Shown piece by piece: positions 57,201-64,000 of a DNA stretch of 64,000 nt (position 1 is its first letter; each line of letters opens with the position of its first letter). Both the position numbers and the translations under genes were made by a program. Below the pieces are notes generated by a model, which searched no databases, had not been told where the DNA came from, and was given only the letters and a program-made list of their open reading frames with translations. Where the stretch lies: NCBI GenBank assembly GCA_001600695.1, contig BCKQ01000004.1:783931-847930 (forward strand). The letters are read 5' to 3'. The DNA comes from Ascoidea asiatica JCM 7603. Its lineage: Eukaryota > Fungi > Ascomycota.

Positions 57201-58144
57201 TTGAAAAATTTAAAATTAATAGAAAAAGAATTGATTTAAATCATCGTAAGATTTTTGAAAATATTTTAAAATATAAATTTAAACAAATTTTAAATTTAAT
57301 TAATAATGAAAATATTTTAAATATTAATAAAATTAAAGAAATTAAAAATTTAATAAAATTAATTTATAAATTAAAAAAATATAAATTTCATTTAAATAAT
57401 AAAAATTATAATGAATTAAGTTTAATTTTAATTTCAAATTTTAAAACATTTAATATTGGAATGAAATTAATTAATAAAATTTTAATTAAAGGTACAATAA
57501 AAATATTTGAAATTAAAAAAAGAAAATATTTATTAAAATTAAAATATTTTAATATTGATAAAGTTTTAAATTCAAGTATATTATTAAAAGAATTAAAATT
57601 TGAAATTTTAAAAGAAGAAAAAAAAATTTTAAATGATGTTAAAATTGGAAAATTAAAAAAAGAGAAATTAATTAAATTTAAAAGAAAAAATTATTATATT
57701 TTTAAACCACAAAATAAAAGAAATTATTTAAAACCAAGTAATTTAAAAATTTTAAAAGATTATATTGAAGAATATATTAATAAAAAAGTATATATAGATT
57801 TGAAATTGAATAATGATGTTATTGAAAATGAAAATGAAAATGAAAATGAAAGTATAAGTTATAATGAAAATAAAAATTTTATAAATGAGATTGAGAATAA
57901 GATTAAAATGGAAGAAGAAAAAAAATTAAAGATTGAAAATAAACGAAAAGAGATTATTAAAGATTTAAATGATAAATATCCATTAATTATGAGACAAATT
58001 AATTTACATTTTAATATAAAATTAAGAAATCTTAATAAATTTAAAAGTAATAATAGTTTCAAAGAAGAAGAAGAATTTTATGATTATGATGATAATAATA
58101 ATAATAATAGTAATAATAATAAAGATGGTGATTTATATAAATGA
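54287..58144 (+). CDS. Mitochondrial pentatricopeptide-repeat protein (possibly Pet309-like)
   Basis: Presequence-like N-terminus; PPR repeats FNSLLFAYGK, PNVYQFNTVM, GLKPNLNTFNSLM, ISPDSYWYAVMI, IEPSLLTYRMLL. Confidence 0.8.
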   Translation: MLRFCFYKPSLSRIRYLSSTNIPLINNKSNNDYNKSSTSSSSSSSSSSSSSSSSPLSSENSNSNSNSNINSNSNSNINININYNKVINHEIIPTNLLLITPINKDLKIDQFLNNYYKNQYNLINNNLKKNEIEILFNFLNLIKKLHKLLLLKELNKQKVKNINIDIDKEININVNQLNTIWKLQSQSQSQSQNISLNFKKNLNLYNLLFFCILRDTKNWNLLLTYLNDFSINTLSNNNINNNINNNINNNINIFFIKSQLLLNFNKFIQFESLINYILTTLNSNSKLIFYNSIFYYIFQILPYSHNYSKDYLLNKLQFSLKLWLTLTLNIFPNFNFNLNSNSNSNNSNKYSKPYFLLKYILFPYYNEKNQIYKNLNINIILKILPILKNSIENKISQSSNRFSKILTYLIYFFRNENQYYLVLKLWNFKKKNLIIINKKDIEIIMSTYNKISNFNKVINLKKNYINLIDSNHFNSLLFAYGKLNQWNNLQNQFELFFQQGNIPNVYQFNTVMNFLSNRGESQAVEKLYFQMIERGLKPNLNTFNSLMKSNLIFGDYNKVLYWSTECEYNKISLNNISYIFIFQSLGNMKDIKNLIYSLDLLILNYKKKNLKIDNKLFSIIFSTCKDLNNPRLAEKIFKKLILNKIKIDSILLSSLMNVYNDSREFKNCNLIFKKYYKIKNFKIGIEMINQLIISNSKNKNFNKISEIYKIMNDNKISPDSYWYAVMIEFFCLSKDFKSAQMIINKLIEEKEKRDIEISQELSEENDNNNNDNDLEENENEFLKNNEIYKKIVKIDSIHYDKLIFGFINASKYKEAIDTFQNMLDNEIEPSLLTYRMLLKALIKKSIRDKDNFESSTIVLKNLIIAKKKNKIIPPKKEFTFLLNRYINSISQINTKISREILIEYLEIIGIKNEDLNDKIGKNNLILSKNLNLIKNLIIIYGEEENYLKVEYYFNIFLKYIFKRIKKNFNYNFEKFKINRKRIDLNHRKIFENILKYKFKQILNLINNENILNINKIKEIKNLIKLIYKLKKYKFHLNNKNYNELSLILISNFKTFNIGMKLINKILIKGTIKIFEIKKRKYLLKLKYFNIDKVLNSSILLKELKFEILKEEKKILNDVKIGKLKKEKLIKFKRKNYYIFKPQNKRNYLKPSNLKILKDYIEEYINKKVYIDLKLNNDVIENENENENESISYNENKNFINEIENKIKMEEEKKLKIENKRKEIIKDLNDKYPLIMRQINLHFNIKLRNLNKFKSNNSFKEEEEFYDYDDNNNNNSNNNKDGDLYK

Positions 58145-58352
58145 TTCATGTAAATATAGTATATAGTTTGATATAAAGATATAATTATGATATGATTATG
58201 ATTGTGATTATATTCTTGATACATTGCTTCAGTGATAGAATGGCTGAAGCACCAAGCATCAAAAGAACTGAAAGAAAGATTCACAAGCAGCAGAATCTGC
58301 AGAATTTGATGAATTTGAATCTGAATTCAAAAGTGGATATTTCAGAGACCAG

Positions 58353-58452
58353 AACTGTGGAAGGAGTAAAGAAAAAAAAAAAAAAAGATCCGTAGAAATG
58401 GAGCTGTAGAGGCACGTGACGTGAAATCCAGAGCGGCCGTCCTGGTCACGTG
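58353..58452. promoter_or_regulatory. Two Cbf1-type E-boxes and a Met31/32-like core upstream of SAT4
   Basis: AACTGTGG 58353-58360, CACGTGAC 58413-58420, GTCACGTG 58445-58452. Confidence 0.45.
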
Positions 58453-59268
58453 CATGTCACCTGCTGCGCCGAGACCACTTCCCCGGCTCTGCTTCCTTTT
58501 CTTCTTTTCTTCTTTTTTTTCTTTTTTTCTCCTTCGACGCCCGGAAAACGTTTGCCATCGCAGCGAGCTTCAAATGACCTCAGCGCTACGACATTTTGAA
58601 TTATTGAAATATATTGAAATATATTGAAATATAATCAGATATAATCAAATATTGAAATAAATATATCTTTATTTCTTTAATATATCTGAGAATAAAATAC
58701 AATACAATAAGAATAATAATATAATATAATATAATATAATATAATATATATAATATAATATATATATACCCTGTATATATATACTGTATATATATATTCA
58801 ATTAATCAAAAGAATCAAAAGAATCAAAAGAATCAAAAGAATCTTAGCTTCATAATATCATAATATATCTTACTCTGTGTATATTTCGGTTGAAATAAAT
58901 ATATAAATTCATTGGTTATATTCATTATTTTATTATATTTTATTATATTTTATTATATTTTATTAAATAATTTACCTTATTTCATATTAAACTCCACTAT
59001 TTGTCTCAGTTATTAATTATTAATTAATTTTTATATCCCTTAGTTAAGACTTAAGACTTAATACTTAATACTTTATAACCTAATAACTTATTAACTTATT
59101 AACTTATTAACTTATTAACTTAATTTATTGTAGATCATTCTCCATATTATTTATTATATTAAAATATATTATATATATATCAACAATTTATATATAATAT
59201 CTAATATCTTATATCCAATATCTTATATCTTATATCTTATATTTAATATATAATATATATAATCAAAT

Positions 59269-60063
59269 ATGGTTGAAATTTCAAATCAAAGATCAAGAAA
59301 ATTATCAATTTCTAAATTCGGTAAATTATTTAATTCTCATCCAAATTTAATTAATCATCCTCAATTAAATGATAAAATTGATAAAAATGATATTAAACAA
59401 AAGAAAACATTAATTTCATTATCAAATAAAGATCATTCTCCAATTCATTCTCCAATTCATTCAATAACTAATTCACCAATTCATTCAATAACTAATTCAC
59501 CTAATCAATCACCTTTTCAATCTCCAATATTATCTCCAATTTCAACTACAAAATCAAAATCAAAATCAAAATCAAAATCAAAATCAAAATCAAAATCAAA
59601 ATCAAAATCAAAATCAAAATCAAAATCAATTAAAAATTTAAATAATAATAATAATAAAAATAAAGTTAAAAATATTATTAATGATAAAAAAACATATCCT
59701 AATTTTTCATTAAATTCTTCAAGTGATTCTTCAACAAATTCATTATCTTTAAATACTTCCAATATTAAAAATTCATCATCTTCATCACACTCATCATCTT
59801 CATCTTCATCATCATCATCTTCTTCTTCTTCTTCTTCTTCTTCTTCTTCATTATCAAATTTAAATTATAATCTTAATAATTTTTCTAATTCAAGTCTTCA
59901 TACAAATCATAATTTAAATCATAATTCAAATCATAATTCAATTATAAATACAATTAATTCAAATAATAGTTTAAATTCATTAAGAAAAACTTCATTATCT
60001 TCAAATAATTCAATTTCTATTAAAAATTCAATAGATAATGAATTAAATAAACAAGAAATTTTC

Positions 60064-60094
<31 letters not shown>

Positions 60095-61470
60095 GTAATG
60101 TACATAAATCAAAATCTTTAAAAATTAAATCATTATCATTAAATTCAAATTTAAATTCATCATCATCATCATCATCAGTTACAAGACATACTTCACTTGA
60201 TTTAAAACAAGATGAAAATAAATTACCAAGATTTCAAATATTATCAAATGGTGAACATTTACATCATTTACGTAACGCAAAAAGACAAGAAAAATTAGTT
60301 TATTTATTTAAAGATTTTTTAGGTAAAAAAAAATTAAGATCTGAAGCTATAAGTGCAGTACCAAATATTTTATCAAATGTACCTTCAAATATTATTAAAA
60401 ATAATCAAAATCCTCCAAGTTTATTCTCAACTTTATTATTATCTAATAATAATAATAATAATCAAGGTAATAATGAAAATTTATTATCAACAATTAATGA
60501 AATTGATTATTCTAAGAATATTAATAATATTAATAATATTAGTAGTAATATAATTAATAGTAAAAGTATAATAAATAATTTAGATTCAAGATCATTTGTT
60601 GAAAAATATGGTAAATGTCAAGAAGTTATTGGTAAAGGATCATTTGGTACAGTTAGAATTTCACATAAAAAATTAAATTCAAAAGAAAAAGAAAAAGAAG
60701 TTTTATATGCAGTTAAAGAATTTAAAAAAAAACCACAAGAATTAATTGAAGATTATAAAAAAAGATTAGCATGTGAATTTTGTATATCATCATCATTACA
60801 AAATATTAATATTATTCATACTTTAGATCTTTTACAAGATGCAAAAGGAGATTTTTGTGAAGTTATGGATTTTTGTAATGGAGGAGATTTATTTACATTA
60901 ATTTTATCAGAAAATAAATTAGAATATATTGAAGCAGATTGTTATTTTAAACAATTAATTAAAGGAGTTTCATATATGCATAATATGGGAGTTTGTCATA
61001 GAGATTTAAAACCAGAAAATTTATTATTAACATCAAATGGTAATTTAAAAATTACAGATTTTGGTAATGGACAATGTTTTAAATTAGCTTGGGAAAAAAA
61101 AGTTCATTTATCAAAAGGTATAAGTGGATCAAATCCATATATTGCTCCAGAAGAATTTTTACAAAATGAATATGATCCAAGATTTGTTGATATTTGGTCA
61201 TGTGGAGTAATTTATATGGCAATGAGAACAGGTAGACAATTATGGAAAATTGCAAAAAATGATGATGAATTTTATTTAAAATATTTAAAAGGTAGAAAAG
61301 ATGAATTTGGTTATGAACCAATTGAAAAAATTAAAAGAGCAAGATGTAGAAATGTAATTTATTCAATTTTAGATCCAGTACCATCAAGAAGAATAAATGC
61401 AAAACAAATTTTAAATTCAGAATGGGGTAGAGAAATTAAATTATGTAAAGCTGCAGAAGGTATTATATGA
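59269..61470 (+). CDS. SAT4: Npr/Hal-family Ser/Thr kinase
   Basis: IGKGSFGTV, YAVKEF, EFCISSSL, HRDLKPEN, ITDFG, YIAPEE, KRARCRNVIYSILDPVP..ILNSEWGREIK. Confidence 0.9.
59551..59628 (+). repeat. (AAATCA)13 coding microsatellite, (KS)13
   Basis: Seen directly in the sequence. Confidence 0.92.
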
Positions 61471-62435
61471 TATAAATTTTGAATTAAAATAATTAATTAT
61501 ATTATAATATTATATTATATTACTACTATTACTACTATTACTACTATTACTACTATTACTACTATTTTTTATATCTTCAATGTTTCCCATGTTTTTTATA
61601 TTTTTTCTTCTTATCTTCTTTTTTTAAAATTTCTAAAATTTGTTATTTATTTATTTATTTTTATTTTCATAATTAGATCTTTTTTTTTCTTTTAGATATC
61701 TTAAAATTCACCACTCATACACTGTTAATAATATATAAAATAAAATAATACACAATTCAGGTTTTTTTTCTAAGTGTGTTTCTTCTGATTCTTCTGCTTC
61801 TTGTGATTCTTCTTCTGCTTCTTGTGGTTCTTGAAATACTTAACTGTTTATGGTAGTTAAATGGAATAATGTGTGCATTATGCGGTGTGAGTACTTTCGC
61901 GTTGACTAAGCACTGACTCAGCACTGGTTACGTAACGGATTACTAATCACACCCACGCCCCTGGTTCCCTTTGTGTACCTCTCTGCACCCTCTGCCTCTG
62001 TCTGCCTCCCTCTGCCTCCCTTCGCCTCTCTTCGCCTCCTCCCACTCTGCTCACGTGCCCTCTTTTCTCTCTCTTCTCTTCTCTCTTCTCTCTTACCACT
62101 GAACCATCTCTTCTCTTCAGTACTGTGATAATAATAATAATAATAACAATAATAATAATAATAATAATAATAATATTTATTCAAAGTGAATATAAATACA
62201 AATAGTAAATAAATAAGCAATAAAAATACTTAATAGAAAATTATATAAAATTTTTTTTTTTTTTTTCTCATCTTTCATTCTATATAATTTTACCTTATTA
62301 TTATATATTTATTCATTTATTTATTCATTTAATCTTTATTCTTTTTCATCTCTTCATCTCTTCATATTTTACAATTCATATCTAACATTTCATATTTCAT
62401 ATTTCATATTTCATATTAATTACATTTAATTAATA

Positions 62436-64000
62436 ATGACTTTATTAAGTGATGATATTCCATTATCATTATCAAGAAAAAGACCATTAGATAATTCTGA
62501 TTCTTTATCTTTTGATAATATTAATATTAATAATATTATTAATAATAATAATAATAATAATAATAATGAAAAAGTTAAAATAAAGAGAAAAAAAATAAAA
62601 ATTATTGAAAATGATGATGATGATGATGATGATTATGAAGACAATAATGAATTAGTTTCAAATTCAAATTCAAATTCAAATTCAAATTCAAATTCAAATC
62701 AATTGATTAATAAATCTGTTGATGATTTACCTTTAAGTTCTTTAACTTCTCAAGAATCAAATAATAATAAATTAAATAAATTATTATCAAATGGTAATCT
62801 CAATACTACTACTACTACCACTACCACTAATAATAATAATAATAATAATAATAACATTACTAATAATAATAGTGATGATAATAGTGATGATGAAAATCAA
62901 ATATTAAGTAGTTTAAAACCTTCAAATTCAATAAATATAGAATTTAAAGAAGAATTTAAAGAAGAATTCAAAGAAGAATTCTCTCAATCAATTACTAAAA
63001 AAATAAGTAAAAAAGTATCCAAGAAAGATAAAAAAGATAAGAAAGATAAAAAATCAAAAGAAAAAGATAAAATAATAACGGAAACTAAAACTAAAATAAA
63101 ATCAGAAACTAAAATTGAAACTAAATCAACTTATAAATGGTGGGAAAAAGATAATTTAATTGATTCAAATAATGATCAAAAATGGTCAACTTTATCTCAT
63201 AATGGTGTATTATTTCCACCTGAATATATACCTTTACCAAATTCAATAAAATTATATTATAATAATAATCCAATAAATAATTTACCTTTAGAAGCTGAAG
63301 AAATTGCTGGTTTTTATGCTGCTTTAATTCAAACTGATTATGCAAAAAATAAAGATTTTCAAAATAATTTCTTTAAAGATTTTAAAAATATTTTAAATAA
63401 TTATAATAAAAAATTTAAAAATGATAATGAAAAAATTATTATTAAAGATTTTAATAATTTAGATTTTACTAAAATTTTTAATTATTTTGAAATTGAAAAA
63501 GAAAAAAAAAAAAAAATTCCAAATCAAATTAAAAAAAAATTAAAAGAAGAAAAAGAAAAATTAATAAATCCATATAAATTTTGTATAATTGATGGTAGAA
63601 AAGAACAAATTGGTAATTTTACAATTGAACCTCCTGGTTTATTTAGAGGTAGAGGTAATCATCCAAAAATGGGTACTTTAAAAAAAAGAATTTATCCTGA
63701 AGATATTGTTATAAATATTGGTAAAAATGAAAAAATTCCATTACCACCAAAAGGTCATAATTGGGGTGAAATTAGACATGATAATACTGTAACTTGGTTA
63801 GCAGCTTGGAAAGAAAATGTACTTGGTGGTGTAAAATATGTTAGATTTGCTGCAAATTCTACATTTAAAGGTATTAGTGATATGAAAAAATATGATAAAT
63901 CAAGAGAATTAAAAAAATATATTAATAAAATTAGAAAAGATTATAAATTAAATTTAAAATCAAAAGAAATGCAAAATAGACAAATTGCAGTTGCAACATA
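62436..64000 (+). CDS. TOP1: DNA topoisomerase IB, 5' part (runs off the window; absent from the ORF track)
   Basis: ATG 62436 is in frame with YKWWE (63132), KWSTLSHNGVLFPPEY, EAEEIAGFY, IGNFTIEPPGLFRGRGNHPKMG, RHDNTVTWLA, KGISDMKKYDK. Confidence 0.96.
   Translation, partial: MTLLSDDIPLSLSRKRPLDNSDSLSFDNININNIINNNNNNNNNEKVKIKRKKIKIIENDDDDDDDYEDNNELVSNSNSNSNSNSNSNQLINKSVDDLPLSSLTSQESNNNKLNKLLSNGNLNTTTTTTTTNNNNNNNNNITNNNSDDNSDDENQILSSLKPSNSINIEFKEEFKEEFKEEFSQSITKKISKKVSKKDKKDKKDKKSKEKDKIITETKTKIKSETKIETKSTYKWWEKDNLIDSNNDQKWSTLSHNGVLFPPEYIPLPNSIKLYYNNNPINNLPLEAEEIAGFYAALIQTDYAKNKDFQNNFFKDFKNILNNYNKKFKNDNEKIIIKDFNNLDFTKIFNYFEIEKEKKKKIPNQIKKKLKEEKEKLINPYKFCIIDGRKEQIGNFTIEPPGLFRGRGNHPKMGTLKKRIYPEDIVINIGKNEKIPLPPKGHNWGEIRHDNTVTWLAAWKENVLGGVKYVRFAANSTFKGISDMKKYDKSRELKKYINKIRKDYKLNLKSKEMQNRQIAVAT

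Overview
Very AT-rich budding-yeast (Saccharomycotina) chromosomal DNA. The poly-Asn-rich proteins, retained eIF3d and GTATGT/TACTAAC introns suggest a non-Saccharomyces lineage such as Ascoidea (inference only). About 20 intact genes are recognisable: sugar porter, ACP1, eIF3d, a Ctf4-like protein, DML1, ERG13, two MCT/Mch transporters, a SPOUT methyltransferase and PUP2 (both with an intron), UTP5, a BTB protein, Zn2Cys6 and C2H2 factors, RAM1, CYS4, LCD1/DDC2, TSC13, a PPR protein, SAT4 and the 5' part of TOP1 (missing from the ORF track). There are two pseudogenes and one complete but dead Ty1/copia retrotransposon (21262-27433, ATTAT target-site duplication). The element is the most unusual object: ~930-bp LTRs that appear to carry a decayed ORF starting M-D-P-P-P-S-Y, a primer-binding site inside a perfect 14-bp palindrome, a candidate GCG-AGG-C +1 frameshift site (Ty3/Ty1 hybrid), and an open gag beside a pol with 8 nonsense codons and no frameshifts. 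Second most interesting is a Ctf4/And-1 homologue that lacks the N-terminal WD40 domain but has MCB and SCB promoter elements. All product calls come from motif recognition, not database searches.
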